A stretch of 62,616 bases of DNA, the filler included, from Dugesia japonica (taxonomy: Eukaryota): assembly GCA_001938525.1 (NCBI GenBank). It is 5 parts of 5 records of this genome, joined end to end, with 100 filler letters (N's around TTAATTAATTAA, not from the genome) between each part and the next. Parts side by side here need not be neighbours in the genome. Positions count along the whole stretch, not along the records: positions 26,837 to 42,769 come from MQRL01613276.1; positions 42,870 to 53,032 come from MQRL01580438.1; positions 53,133 to 62,616 come from MQRL01641613.1; 2 more parts are not named here. One strand, 5' to 3'. A model generated the notes under the pieces. The model was not told the DNA's origin. It was given only the letters and a program-made list of their open reading frames with translations, and made no database searches. Shown one piece after another: positions 39,471-54,460 of the stretch. Numbering within the stretch: the stretch's first letter is position 1; each line of letters begins with the position of its first letter. A program made the translations under genes and the position numbers.

Positions 39471-40599
39471 GTTTATTTTAATTCTATCACATGATTCTTA
39501 TTATTGGTTGGAATTTTGGAATTCCAAAATTATAGGAGTGCCATTGGCCAACCTTCAGTACTTTGTATCTTTTTTTAATGATTTATTTTACTTAGATTTT
39601 CGAACACTCGAATTTTTCTTGTCTATAAACTTTTTAGAGGCTAATTTTAATTCGATAGGAAACCTTCATTTTTCAAATTTTTATAAAAAAATTTAATTTT
39701 CTTCTTTAAAATAAATTATTTTAATTCATATGATTTATTTTATTTAAATAAATAAATTATTTATTTTATTTTCTTCTAAAATATTAATTAGATGTTCATT
39801 TTTCGTTTTTTTCTGATCTAAAATTAATTTAATTTCACCGTTTTCTTCTACTAATTAATTTATTCAATTTATTTTTTCTTTCTTCGATTATTAATTCAAT
39901 GTGATTTTCTTAGTTTTGTCTAATGAAATAATTGTTATTCATTATTTTCTTTGTCCAGCTTATAGCTTCTATTATTTTTTTTCTTAGGCTTTCTTATTTC
40001 TTGTTGTAATTTTAGCTTTTGTAGGTTATTACGTTGGTTTTATTTACCAATCTTGGTCTTTCCTTTAATTATTTCTTTCTTTCACTGAACTATGGCTTTC
40101 CTTTGTCTGGATTCTTTCTTTCCTTATTTAGTGACTATCTTTTCACTTTCAGCTGTTCTTACCGCCATTTTTATTCTCTAATCAGGTGTTTCACACCAAC
40201 AAAATACTCTTCCTTCCGAAAAAAATCAGTCTTGGAATTTAGCACTATGGTTGACTTAGTCCTTCATATTTGCTCCTTGAAGGTTGCTTATGTGCTTTTC
40301 TACTCCGATCGATATCCAGCTCACGCGGACTTAAATATATTCATAATAACATTAAAATCAACATACACAATTGTACGTGGATTACCATATTGGCCTTATA
40401 GTTTTTTAAGAGAGCATAAGATTCAGATAATATAAAGTAATTGAGAATTATTTAATTTAGCCCATCATACTACATAATGTAAACAAGGACTTTTTAATTC
40501 AACATACCACATTTATTCACAAACTTAATATACTTCAAATTTTATAGTTAATATATAGTTAAGTTTATTTTGAAGGATCAAACAAAAGTTTCTGTTATC

Positions 40600-42700
40600 C
40601 TTCTAAGCGAAGAATAGAGATGACCATTGGATTCTCCTGAATGAATTGTTGTTGTAATTGGATTTTTTGATTTTCCAATATCGTTGGCAGATTGGTTTTG
40701 CAGTATAGAGCTTATTATTGCCCTAGGTTTTGCTAGTGCTACTTTGACCACGATTTCGTCATCGCCTGGTTCTGATGATTGAAGTTGANCTGGTTCTGAT
40801 GATTGAAATTGATTTTTTTGCTCATGTATCGAATTTCATAAGCCATAGTTATCCGGTTCTGTTGCTGTTCCGTTAGTTGTTTGTAAAGTGCTTCTCTCTT
40901 CTCAATTATTTCCAACAACTTTCAGTCGGTTGTTCTCTGTTCTTCCACGGCTTTCTCTGATAGGAGTTTAAAGTTTTAAAATTGTATTTGACTGGAACTA
41001 GTCGGGATATATTATTTCGACTGAATGTTACTTTCCTTTGTAGGTGAGCCATTGCCGTATCACGAAATACTGTTGCATCTATTTTTTCTCCCATGGCTTT
41101 ATCTGTTAAGGACTCGAAATTTTGGCATTGTACTTGACTCAACTGTAAAGCTTCTTCTACTCTAGATATCCGATCACTGTATGCATTAAACATTTTTTGC
41201 CAGTCTTCAGATGCTGCCTAATGATTATATTTTCACTGTATGTCATTAGTTGATTTCTTTTTGGGATATTGACCGATTTCATTTTTTTCACTTTATCGGT
41301 TACTTGTAACATACACAACTGGTTTGATCGCTCTATGATTACAACTAAGTCTTTACTACTTACTTTAAATCAGCACCTTCTCATGGTGTGTCCAGTTCTA
41401 CCGCAGTTGAAGCATCTTGGAATACTACATTGTTCTGCAAGATATCCTCTCCCTCTACACTGAGTACATTGTTTATCCGGTTGACATACTATTTCGGTAT
41501 GTTCTTTGCGATCACATTTTTTACATTTTAATCTACATGAGGCTAACGTGTGGTCCATTTTTCCGCATCTCGTGCATCCTTCCCCTTTAAAGATAAATTC
41601 GATATCCGATTCTTTTTTACATTGTTTCTCTGTATGTTCTAATTTGCCGCATAATTTGCATGGTTTTTTCCAACATAGTTTCTTTGGACGATATGATTCC
41701 CCACAATATTTGCATAGTCTATTTTTCCAGCACAGGTTTGCCAAATGACCAAGTTTACTACATTCACTACACTTGAAGTTTGCTTTATGTTTGGGTGTCG
41801 TTGGCTTCATTATTACTTCTTCCGTTTCGTTCCAGGTTTTTAACAATAATTGCATTGTGAATTTCGTCCTCTTTTTTGTTCTCTGAATTTTGATAGCCTT
41901 GACCTTAGGATATTTTCTACTATTGCTTCTACTTATACTTTTTGTACTGCAATGGCTAACCTATCTAACTCCTGCAGTTGAAATTTTATAACAAACAATT
42001 GTTGTCCCATTTGATCTGTAAGGTCGCCATATTCTTTTAGCACTCCCTGTTTATCCATTGTGGCTAGTTTCAACTCTCGATTGTGGTTCGCCATCGTTGT
42101 ATAATTCTCTTGTTCTTCGCTGATTGTTTGATTTTCTTCCAACCCTTGTAGGTTTAGGATTCCGTTTTATGATGGCCGGTTATCGATTCTCCTTTCTCTA
42201 GTTTGCTCTCTTTTTCTTCTTTTTACCCACTACTTCAGTGAAACCACATGAATCCATCGTTTCAATGGTTTCCACTTGCAGCCTGCAGAGTTTAAGGGGA
42301 TCAGTTACTGCATTTTCCCTTTTTTTGCTTACTGAGTCGAATTTGTCTAGTTTCTTTCTTAGAAATTTTTCGTTTATTGCTACAATTTTTCAATATATGT
42401 TCCTTTTCACCACAAGAATGACATATATTTTATCGGCCCAACAATTCTCTCTTGTATGACCCTTCTTCCCAGGTTTTTTGCACTTCTACATAACAATAAC
42501 TATCCTCGTTCTACTAGTATTACGTCATTCTTTTTTAGGACAGTTTAGTACTTGGTGGCCAATTTTCTGACAGTAATAACATTGTAACGTTGGTTTTGAT
42601 ATTCTTTCATTAGGTGTCCCTTTTTTCCACAGTTCCCGCATTTATTCTTTATAACGACAGTCAAAACGATGTGCTGTCCTTTTTGCCCTTTTTTATCCTA
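40600..42700 (-). pseudogene. Gag-like, multi-CCHC zinc-knuckle ORF remnant
   Basis: ORF 41370-41855 has seven CX2CX4HX4C-type knuckles (one degenerate); further knuckles near 42440-42590; coiled-coil segments; no pol seen. Confidence 0.7.
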
Positions 42701-42769
42701 TATTTACCCTTATTATTATCTTGGTTGTGCATCTAGTTGTTGTGTTGCTGGTTCATATTCTTGGTGTAT

Positions 42770-42869
42770 NNNNNNNNNNNNNNNNNNNNNNNNNNNNNNN
42801 NNNNNNNNNNNNNTTAATTAATTAANNNNNNNNNNNNNNNNNNNNNNNNNNNNNNNNNNNNNNNNNNNN
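42770..42869. other. Artificial scaffold spacer
   Basis: N44-TTAATTAATTAA-N44. Confidence 0.95.
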
Positions 42870-43407
42870 AATAATCACTAAATTTTAATGGAAAACTTTG
42901 TTTATAATATTGGTTAAACTAATAAACATAAAATAATCAGATAAAATAAATTTGGATTAGTGATTAGATACGTGCGTATTGGAACACCTTCAGTATTATT
43001 TCACTCAGAATCATAATGAAAAATGCTTGCTAATTAAAAGAGGTGTTAATTATTGGAACACGTTATAATAAGATTTATAAAAAATAATAATACTTATAGA
43101 AATTGTTATTTGTTATTAATTTGTTTTAGAAAATTTTCTTTGAATAGATAAAAACTGTTTTTCTTTATTTTCATGTCTTGTCGATCTTTGAGAAAATGTC
43201 ATTAATTCCTGTTTGATCATTGATGCTTATTTCAGTTAATAAAAATCCTATATTTCCTTTTTTTAAACTTGACTTGATCTTAACTCAAAATAATAATAGG
43301 CATGTGTATATGTGAGTGTGTAAGATTTTGATTGGTTAATATAAGTATGTGACATGTATGCAAGTAAAACAGAGAATATGACTCATACATGTGCAACACG
43401 TATATGC

Positions 43408-44060
43408 ATACGTTCGTCCCAAATTTTATACAAAAATTAAAGAATAATTTTATTTAAAATAAATTAAATTTCGTTAATGCAATATTAACCGTTCTATTGG
43501 ATAACCTTTTCCCTTCTGATTGATATCAGCATAACGCCGCACTCACAGAAGCTCCAAAATTTCTGGCTGTCGAGCATATTCAAGTGACTTAAAATCTTTT
43601 CAGCAAGAAAAGTTTTTATCATCTAATCTGTTTTAAAGTGATCAAATAAATGAGAAGGTCTTTAGAGTATGGTGTATGAACTAAAACATGCCAGTCTAGT
43701 TGTATAAGTAAACATGTGATCTAGCATTTTATTTTTGACACACAATATCATCTTACGCTTAACATCATTATATTCTATTCATTTTTCTTCTCTTGTTGCT
43801 TTTTACTTAAAACATTGATTGATTTTGTTTCGCTTTATAAGAGAATCTCAGGCAGAAATTCTGTCCTGTATATTGATGCGGTACCGATACATCTGGCGTG
43901 GTAAACATTCCAATTTGATGTAAACATCTGGGCACTGTTAATACCAAGTATTTCTCCAATTTTTTCAGTTATTCCATAGCAATCTGTTTCTACAAGCGCC
44001 AAAATTCCGTTGTTATCGGTATCAATATGTCGGTCAAAACATGGTACATTGATAAGATAA
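43408..44060 (-). pseudogene. Internally deleted mariner-like transposase remnant
   Basis: HTH-like ILALVETDCYGITEKIGEILGI and C-terminal SQKF...GVMLISIRREKVIQ*NG*Y resemble the mariner GIxxLPERWQKVIEQNGQY terminus. Confidence 0.55.
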
Positions 44061-45237
44061 AGTATATATGTTGAGATCGGGATAACACGCAAATGCATAA
44101 ACATACTCACTTAACATAACACATACAGAACAATACCATGCAGATACAATACTATATACATACATTTACTCCATACTATAAAAGGTAGATTTTGAAAAAA
44201 CCTTTAAAAAACTAATAAAATTTGCAATTTTCAAATGTATACGTGATTATATGTTAATATCTTAATTTTTAAATTTATTAAATCCACTTTTTTATGGGAT
44301 GGATTAAGTATTTATATAATGATCCAGCAAATCTAAATCCTCAGTAATTATACTCAATAAAATTCTCCAAAAACAATATTTATGGACTCATTTTTCAATC
44401 AGTATGATAAACAATTATGTAATTCATTGTTCCTAAATGTGCTTAAACTCTCCTTAATCACTATAATAAACATTTATATATTTGTGTGACAATATTATTA
44501 TTATGATTGAAAATACTATTCTACTTGATTTCAATTCAAGTCAATCTTTGATTAAGCTCTGAGATCAATTAATTTATATTTGTTATGTATATATATATAT
44601 ATATATGCTGATTAATTTTCAGAATTGACTGGATATTAAACAATGATGAAATTATACAATTTTTCGATGAAATAAATGTATATGATGAATCNAAAGGAGG
44701 TTTNCAAACGCAATAATACAGATTCTGAGAATGAAAAATTTATGAATAGTTGAGTGAGAACCAACATTCTAAGAGTTTTGTCATCAAAACAGAATAGCTT
44801 AAAAGTTAATTATGAAGATTATTTGAAATTCAAAGCAAGCACTATGCAGATTATGGACAATAATTTCAACTGAAATCATTTATTGATGTAATGGAAGAAA
44901 TATCAAACAATGAAATAATGCTATATCGTCATCAAGTGAAAGAAACTTTGTGAAATGGTCTGCATGCTCTGGTTCAAATTCGTTACTAAACAGTTTTGTA
45001 ATTCTCAGAAGAAAAGAATATGTGGAGAAACTTAAATTCAAACCAAAGTTATTAGAAAATATGAAATTTTTAATGAATAGTCTGGTGAAGTTTTTTAATC
45101 TGAAGCGACTGACGAATTATATGAGAACAAGAGAATCAAAGTGACAAATAGTCTGAAAGCTTATTTTAGTTGAGACCAGAAATAATAAATGAAATATAAC
45201 GAGTATTAAACTAAAATATGTTATTCAAATTCCAAAC

Positions 45238-47873
45238 TGTTATTGATAAACAAGAAAGTTACTATAATTTATTTGATAACTACACTTAATAAATATTAAA
45301 ACACATATCACAATTTCCTTTCTTTTAAGAGTTGATCGTATAAATGGGATTTGGCTTCTCTCTCTCTCGTTGGATATCGTCTTTTGGATTGTTCTAAGTT
45401 GTCTATAAGAACAAATTTTACATCGCTGGTGTTAACCATCGAATATATAGTACTAATGAGTGATTCGTCAACTGTTCCTTTTTTATTTCTGAATTCCCAA
45501 TTTAATCTTTTAACTTGGTGAAGATTTCGACGAATTACTTTTATTCCATCATCTAATTTTAACTTATAATTATTGAGAAACTTGCTTACCATCCACGGTC
45601 CTGTATATATTTTTTAAGTAAACCCCTCTCGTCTGCTTTTACCATTACCCAATCTCCAATATTTTATGTAGTGTTCTTATTTTCTGCTTTATTTTCTTTG
45701 GGAATCTGTCTTTTCTTTTCTGTTATTTTCTCCCTTTGTTTTTTAAAGTTATTATGAAAATCCATCTTGTCAATTTCTACATTTGCATTCGAAATATCTG
45801 CTTTCAAATCCATTTTTTCGCCAAATAAGTTTATTAAGCTGAAACATTAAGTTTTTTTGTTATTTGATGAACTCATACTTAGTTCAACAAAAGGAATTGC
45901 TTTAACCAACGATTGGTTATGTGACTTACAAGATAACTCTAATTTGTCTTTGGCTGTTCTAAATATACATTCTATAAACCCATTGCCCTGATGATAATAT
46001 GGAGCTGGAAATGATTGCTTCATTTGTAATTTATTACATAACTTCTTTTTTATTTCCGATTTATGTCGCAATATCATAATGAATGATCAAGTTTTTTACC
46101 GCTCTAATTTTTTCAGGATAAGTTGTTACTCCTTCGTTTGATATCATGCAACCCAAATCTTTTACTGAAGTTTTCAAAAAAACGCATTTCTTCGGAGATA
46201 ACTTAGCTCTCGACTGCTGTATTTTCTCTAACACCATTTTCAGTCTTACATTGTGTTCATCTAAGCTTTCCCAAAAATCAAAATATGTATTAAATATAAT
46301 ATTAGACATTTATCGAATTTTTTTCTCTGAGAACTAAATGCATTAATCTTTGAAAAGTCGCTAGTGCTCCATAAAGTCCAAAAAGCATGCAATTAAATTC
46401 ATACTGATTTTTTTGTGTAGCAAAAGATTTTTTCCTCTGTCTGTCACTTATTTGTACATTGTAATAATCACTAGATAAATCAATGCACTAAAGAATCTTG
46501 ATTCCACAAGTGAATTGAACAACTGCTGGTTATTTGAAATAGAATGTATAGGTTTTATTTTATTTTCTATAGTCTAACATAAGACACTCTATTCATAGCT
46601 ACAACTCATATATTCGCTAAGTTATCTTTATAAGGACTAAATAAAGCTTCCTTCAAACAAAAGTTATTGCTATTTACATTCGCTAAATCAGTTACTTCCT
46701 ATTTTTGCAAAATTGTAACTGTATTGTCTAATATATCTCTTAATGTACACATTTGAACCCCCTTCACACTTCTCGCACTATTATCTGGACCCTATGATAC
46801 AGTACTCTTTAGTTTCCCGTTAGCTTTCTTATTTTGGATATGAAAGTTACTTTTATTTCATCTAGAGTTACACAGCGTAATTTTTGTAAATTCGAGACGT
46901 TCATCTTTTTCAAATCTCTTATTCCTAGAATGACTTTTTGGAACAATTTATCTACAATAGTCATCTTAATTCTATTAATTTATTTCCTATCGTTACATTT
47001 ATAAAAGAATATTCAATTACATTAATCAGTGTGTCATTTTTACATATTAACGTATTGTTTGATCGAAATCGCTAGACTGTTGCATTTTCTTGGATCATTT
47101 GAAACAGTTTGAAATCCATGATACTAGACTCTGTTCTTTGATCGATAAAAACTTTCTCTTTTTCTTTTTCTACTTTGCCATTGATTATTACTTTGTTTGC
47201 AGCGAGTTCGTTTATTGTATCTGATATCTTTGTTCTTTGTCCTTTGTGAATTGGAAATTTCTGTCTTGAACCTCGAATATGCTCATCCAATTTTCTAATA
47301 TCGTCTGGATAATTGATATTTCTTTTTGTTTTATTTTGTCTTTCAGTTTTTCTTTCTTTTGAAACAATTTTCCAAAATTCATTATTATCTTCAGATTCCT
47401 TTTCATAATCATAACTGGCTTCATCATATTGAATATTAGAATTGTCATTCGTTTCTTCAGATCTTCTAGAAGCCTCTTTCTTAATACTGGATCCTTTTGC
47501 TGCTTGACAAAATTAAGATATATGTCCGGATTTCTTACAGTTCTTGCATAGTAATGGTTTGTTACAAATTTCGGGCAATATGACCTTTTCCATTGCAATT
47601 ATATCATTTTATTACTTGTTTGATCTTTTTAACTTGATACTTTTAAATCTGATCACCGATTTTTGTTCTTCGGCAAATTTTTTGAATTCGGTAATATGAA
47701 TAGAAATATTTTCTCCAATTGTAAATTTCTTCGAAAACATTTTTTTTTATTTAACCAATCGATAAGTTCTTCCAGCAATGATCGCGACGCCATGTTATTG
47801 ACAACCAATAAAGTTACTAAACTTTATTTGAAAACTACACTTAATAATTAATATTATTAAAACAGATATCGCA
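45238..47873 (-). mobile_element. Gypsy (Mag-like) element with very short LTRs, internally deleted and degenerate
   Basis: LTRs 47873-47793 (81 bp) and 45312-45238 (75 bp), both TG...CA. PBS-like TGGCGTCGCG after the 5' LTR; PPT aaaagaaaggaaa; TSD caaat/caaac. RT (LSPKKCVFLK) joined directly to integrase (PYYHQGNGFIE) and YTGPW. Confidence 0.85.
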
Positions 47874-50349
47874 CAAATCTGTGTACAAATTTTTAATCAA
47901 TCAAACAGCAGGCATAGTTTTTGATGGATTTTATCATTATGAAACAAAGACACTTTTCGGCTTACTATTAGATTTTTTCCTCTATAGTTTCGAAAATACA
48001 TGAAATTAATGTTAGTAATTTCATTTTCAGAGTTTATTTATTAATAGGCTTTTTATAAATTAATTATCATTTAATTAGTCTGACTTAAAACATTATGTTC
48101 TTTAAATAAATATTCAAATTTAAAAATATAAATTTTATTAAATTCAATTTTCTAAGTGATTAATTAATTCAAAAAATTCCAATATTTCGAAATTCTTTAA
48201 ATATATTTTCACAATTTCATTTCTAAATTTTCGAAACTTTGAACTTTTATTTATATTTTTTCCTTCGCTTTTAATAATTCACTTCTTAAATAAGTATTCC
48301 TTAATACTTTTTTAATATATTACTATTTTTTTCATTTCCTATTACTTTTGTTTAAGTCTTTCTAAGTTATAAGTAAGAATTTCTTAGAATCTGTTATTCG
48401 TTAATAAAATATTCTGGGCGATACCAACCATTTTAACACATTTTACTTCACATAAAATAGCAAAAAATTTTAAAAAATTTAATATCCCAATTCAGCTATT
48501 CATAACTGTTTTAATAAGGTTTCTTAAGCAACTTAGTGTACTGTAAACCTCAGTTTAAGTAAAGATGGTGTATTTGAATTTAAATTGACTGATGATGTTT
48601 ATGATTATGCCAAGTCGGTAACATTAATTAAAACAACACTATTGAGACATTTAACGTCAATGATTGTTTTAATTATGGAAAATGTTGGGTTATGAAGCTA
48701 AATTTCTACCATCATATCGAACCCAATGTAATTCAATCAAAGAATTGTTTAATATGGTAAAACCAAGATATTTATCCATTGAACCAATGGTTGAATCTAG
48801 AGAACAAGTAAAGGTTATGGGTTGTTTTTGGATAGAAACAACATTGTAATGATTTCGAAAAATGAGGATGTTTATGAAATACATATTACATGAGAGCTGT
48901 TTGTTTGGATTCATGTAAAAAATCGACGAGAGCTTAATTATTAGCTAATTCTAATGATTTTATAATAAAAAGACAATATATTCATTTTATTAAGTGTTAG
49001 AATGAAGGTTAGCGACAAAAATTTAACACAATAATGATAACAATTAAAAGGCTCCATTATAACGATTAACTTTGTATTTAATTACACAAATTTCATTATA
49101 AAATATTTTACTTGATTAAGAATCTTGATTCGATATTTATTGTTTATAACCAATATTATTTCTTTAGGATAATCTAAACTCATTTGATAAAAATAAAATA
49201 AAAACATTAAAAACACCAACAACACACAGATTCACAAAGTACAAAAACTACACATTGTTTCGACCAAGTATTTAGTTTACTAGCTACGTATTTCATTTTC
49301 AATTTAGATGAAACATTTGAACCTGAAAAAAATAACATATTTATCTAAAATATAATTTCAGTTAGTGCTAAGAAAAATTGTAATAAAAGATACTATATAA
49401 AATTATTAAATTAAATAATTGTATAGTTTTTCTTTACAAATGAACATAAATGATCATGTGTATTATTATAGTTAAAACAATCATGGTTGAAGTTTATTGG
49501 AAGTTCATTTGTGTTTCCCAGTGATTTTTATTCTTTAGAAAATTTAATTAGCAATACTAAAATTGAATCAGTAAGTATACTTTTATTCTAACACACAAAC
49601 TCAAAAATTATTAGCAAAATCTTCCGAAGAGAAGTTTTTTTCAATGAAAACACTGCTAATTTTAAACATAATTTATTTAACAAACATAAAGATGAATTTA
49701 TAATAAAATAACACAAAATAGAATAATTCTCCAAATTTAAATTATTTCAATTAATTTTTATTAGTTAAAATTTTTTTCAAATTATTTTCAATTGAAATAG
49801 ATTCAACAAAATTTTTTAGAACATTTTTTCTACATTTCTCTTCAACCCGCTTTACATTTTCTCGTTGTACAACATACCATCTGTCGTGAATTTTCCCAAT
49901 TTTACGATAAATACTTTTCATTTTTATTTTCTGTTTCTAACTTGACCAGTATTTAATATTCTATTTTGAATTGCATTTTAGTATATACTTCCGATATGTG
50001 TTCTTAAGGTCTCTTTAAAGTGTTAAACTCATGCCACATTATTTTGCTAACTCTCTTTCCGAATACAATCTCAAAAAAATCAAACATACTATCTTTTAAA
50101 TTTGCAAAAATTAAAAAACGTACACGACTTATTCATCAATTCAATACAGACAAATATAACTAACGAAATTATCTGAATTATAACACAGAACCAATACTAT
50201 TTTTTCGTTAAATAATATTTGGATTTTCCAAATGTTTACATTAACAGATATAACTTAAACTTGTTTAGCATTTTAATTGAAGAGATTAATTAACAAACTG
50301 AAGCACACGGGTATTAATAGGAATTCCGCGAAAAAATATTGATAATGAC

Positions 50350-52340
50350 CGAAAATATCAAAAAACGAAATTAATGTTAAAACAACTTAAAATACGAAAT
50401 GTATTTAGCGATGTCTTTGTCTCGAATACGCGACGGACAATGTAGATCATTTTACTGTGAGTGTCATTTATAAATTGAACATAAAAGGAAATCAAGAAGA
50501 CACTAATTTTGACGGATAAAGTCGAGAAACACAGATACAGGGATTTACCAGGAAACACAAGGATATGGATGAAATAAGCAGAAAGAAAATAGAGAACAAA
50601 GTAGAGGATAATTTCGGAAAGTCGGGTTATAAAAAGATCTTTTGGAAGTTTTAAAGCACCGGTAATTATTACAGAAGATTCATCAACGAGTAAGCAAAGA
50701 AATCCAGAATGTGAGAATAATGATTTCGCGGTCCGAGTAACAAAAATGGGTATTGGCAAAGATAACGTATTGAAAGGATTACAGGTAATAATCACGACTC
50801 ATTACATTTTCCCGAATATGAGCAGGAAATTAATCTTGGATACAGATTCCAATTCCGTACCATTAATGCAGTAATATCACAATGAGATAAAGATAGAAAG
50901 GAGAGAATAAATGCGTACAGATCACACTCGATTGCGATACTTGAAAAACAGTTTTGTATCATAGGTAAGGAGTTAACGGCGGTACACTATTTTTGGATGC
51001 ATCTTAAGCATTTTAAATGAGAGAATATTCATGTTCAGAAAAGACCACAAGGTGATTACGTTTATAATGCTAACTATAAAATTAATTTCGTCAAAATTTC
51101 AAATCTGGATCAATTATTTAAACAGCATGAATATTGTAGTAAAATACAGAAAGGGTTCTAATCATATGAATGCAGGCATGGTATTGAGAACTAAATGTGA
51201 AATCTTTTTCAGTTCTAGACGATGCACGAAAAAATTAAGAAACGAAAAATAAGAAAAAGATTAATAAATACAATCAAAGAAGAAGGAAAAATCGAGAACC
51301 AACAAAGAAACTCAAAAGAAGAGAGTAAGAATAAAACAATGATACCTGAGAACGAGATACAGAAGACAAAACGTAAAATACGCGGTTTATTGTGTCACGC
51401 TGAAGTCGAAGAAATAGTCAATTTTACGAATGAATTGGTGTATTGAAAAATATCTGTTGAGTCAAATTCACGAGATTGCCCGGAGATGTGAGATTTTTTA
51501 AAACTAGGGCTAAAACAGCAACAACAAAAGAGCAAATTAAGAAACTTAAATAGACCAAAATGTTCGAAATTACATTTGTGGATATATGCGGACTTATCCA
51601 AAAAAGGAAAGGACGAAAAAGTACACCAGTAATATGAGAAAATGAGGAAACCATAAAGAAAACGATTTTTGAAAAATGATTTTTGAAATTTAGCTGTCAA
51701 AAGGATAAAAGAGTAGATTATGAGAAGCCGTTCAAATCAAAGGTTATGGGAGAATTTGCAAAGAAGTTATATATCAAGTTTCCCGAGTCCTTATAATCAC
51801 CAAACTGAGCAGAGATACTTCCAGAGATAGAATTCAGATTAAATGAAACCATACAAAAGACGACAAGATAAAGTCCATCAGAGAATTTCTGGAAAACAGA
51901 ATAGTTAGGAAAATATGGCATGGGTCCAAAGAAATGTATATATAAGAAAGATCAGAAGAACAATGAAGAAATTCAATGTGGGAGAAAACATGTTATTAAA
52001 AGTAGAAACACGTAACTGTGGTCAAGACAAATATAAAGAACCATACAAAGATATCGAGAAAGTTCATGATAGACAAGAAATATTAAAAAAGTAGAATGTG
52101 AGCAGAAAAAAAGAAATGTGGAAAAATTTAAAAACTTCTGAAAGGGGTTATGAGGAAAGATGAATATTTTAAAAATTTATTTAATTTTCTTACAAAAAAT
52201 AATATAAAATGGAAATTTTAAAATGTAACATTTTTGAATTAACTTAAGTTCTTAAAATTTAAATAAAATGAAATAAATTTTTTTAAATAATAGTTTGCGC
52301 TTCGTTATTAAATTTTTAATTCAATAAATTTTATAGATTT
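50350..52340 (+). mobile_element. Highly degenerate Gypsy pol remnant with PPT and probable 3' LTR start
   Basis: LILDTDS, KELTAV, FQIWINYLNS, YRKGSNHMNA, LPEIEFRLN...IQKTTR*SPSE; aaagggg at 52141. Confidence 0.75.
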
Positions 52341-53032
52341 AATTAAATCGCAACCTGTAGTCTATGAATTTCTCGAAAATTTCAAAATTTCATAATTTCA
52401 ACTGTCACTTATGAACGCAAAACTGGAAATGAAAAAAATGAAAAACTACATACATTGTGAATTTTACGCACCGGGTGTTTCGAGTTTCAATTTTTACCTA
52501 CCCAAGCTACAAGGGTTACTCGGATATTTTTTAAAATATAATAATATATTTAATAAAAAAATATTTTAATAGATATTATATAGAATGTAAATTATGTAAG
52601 TATGTAAAAATAAAAATATCGATTTTATCAAATTACAAAAGGAAAAAGTCTTTTCACAATCCACTGATGTTAGTTTTATGGTCAGAAACGACTCTTTCAG
52701 ACCGAACTCTTCTATAATCTATAGCTCTTTCTCAAGTTGTTGCGAAGATGATTCAAATAGGGTATTTTTTGGTTAAGTTAAAAATGTCGAAAATGTCTTG
52801 CTCAAAGTGTCTTCTAGATATTCACTTTCAGCTTGCTGGATTACTTCATATTCATCTTCAACTGTTAATTCAAGAACTGGTCCGGTTCGACAAATAATTT
52901 TATAAATAATTCTTTTGCAATTATCTTGACATCATACTTAGTTGAAAATATGAAAGAAAATCATTTGATTGTGGATGAGGAAACCAGTATGATATTTAAT
53001 TTGTTTAATTTTAATTAGTAGTTCGATTAAAA

Positions 53033-53132
53033 NNNNNNNNNNNNNNNNNNNNNNNNNNNNNNNNNNNNNNNNNNNNTTAATTAATTAANNNNNNNNNNNN
53101 NNNNNNNNNNNNNNNNNNNNNNNNNNNNNNNN
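53033..53132. other. Artificial scaffold spacer
   Basis: N44-TTAATTAATTAA-N44. Confidence 0.95.
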
Positions 53133-53679
53133 CTACCCCCGGTCGAATCCATAGTGGGTCGTATTAACGCCTTCGGAGAGCGGCAGAGATATCAGGCGTG
53201 GACCGGTCCAAATCGCACGCATACAACTTCTTTCTCCTATCAACCAACCACTCCTCCTCCTGCCCCTGTGATACAAGCATTTATTGCGAATCTCTTATGG
53301 GGAGTCCAATAACCAGATGGGGTAGCTCACGTAGAGAATACCCCACCCAACACCGACAATAATATTAACCCATCTTAAATTTTGATTTGTTTAGAAATAA
53401 AAAAAGTGTTTCATGTTTTAGTTACTCCCAAATTGTTTTCTGTTCTGGTGTAAACGATTGAATATTAATATTTATTTTTCTTCCATAATTTTTATTTTAA
53501 AGAAGCGAAATTGATAATTAGAGGAATCTTAGTAGTTTTCAGTTCATAATATGGAAAACCAGGTCTATACTGTGTTTCTAGCGATAACCAATATCGGGCA
53601 CGGATTGATACTTTAAATGTGTTTTATTTTTAGTGCATTTCTTCTTTAAACCGGTTCCAGGCCCCGACTAAGAAAGTAC

Positions 53680-54460
53680 GGGAAGATAGCGACGACAAGG
53701 AAGTGACCTGGGATCTGTATAAACTGGCAANGAGACGGTGGGAGGCGGAGACCTCAACCGCCGCAGCTAAGGTAAAGCGCTATAAGCGGAAATGCCTGAT
53801 GTTTAAAGCCGAAGTGGATGCCACACAGAATCAAGAAAGGGTGTGGAAGTCCCAAGTTGAGGCTTTTGCCGACATTATCAAGTCCTATCAAGAACGGGAA
53901 AATCAGTTGTTAGATAGTATAGTGAAGTTGAGGGCCGCCACCCCATTGGCTCCTCTCATGATCGATAAAGGAACCCAAACTGGTCGTTCTTNAGTTATCT
54001 TATCCGCTTTGTTATTACTCTAATAAATCAATTTTTATCTAAACTTCTGTTTATTTCTTCAGAATTGGGGTTTTTTAGTGCCCAGAATCACATTTCTAAC
54101 GAGTTTGAAAAAGTGCCATAGAATTATGCGCCGCTTACTGGTCGAACGTCATCTAAAACGTAAGGCATTTAGGGCCATCCTCAAGCATCTAGCCCAGCGC
54201 GACCAACTTATAAAAAGTTAGATTTGGTCATAAGGAAACAAACGTATCTGGCGACCCAAACCAAAGCACTTGAGGCAGAAAATAAACAAATATTGTTGAG
54301 AAAGATAGAGTTTCTCAAACANNATATNGCCGACCTCTCCCGTCAGATAAACAACCCCACAACATTGCAATGGNATGATAACGACGATATTGTCGCATTC
54401 AACTTCTCCATGTCCNACCCAGACCAATGGTTAGATCCAGGCGCGCTGGATTTAATTTAA
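53680..54460 (+). pseudogene. Unidentified two-ORF cassette, copy 2 (helical/coiled-coil)
   Basis: ORFs 53703-54023 and ~54062-54460 are homologous in translation to 33200-34010 (-). Confidence 0.7.

Noticed and set aside
52740-52900. Possible THAP-like RHFEQD motif on the minus strand
   Set aside because: Too short and lacks the required cysteines.
16773-53132. Four recurring TTAATTAATTAA motifs inside N runs
   Set aside because: Artificial six-frame-stop linkers; adjacency across them has no biological meaning.
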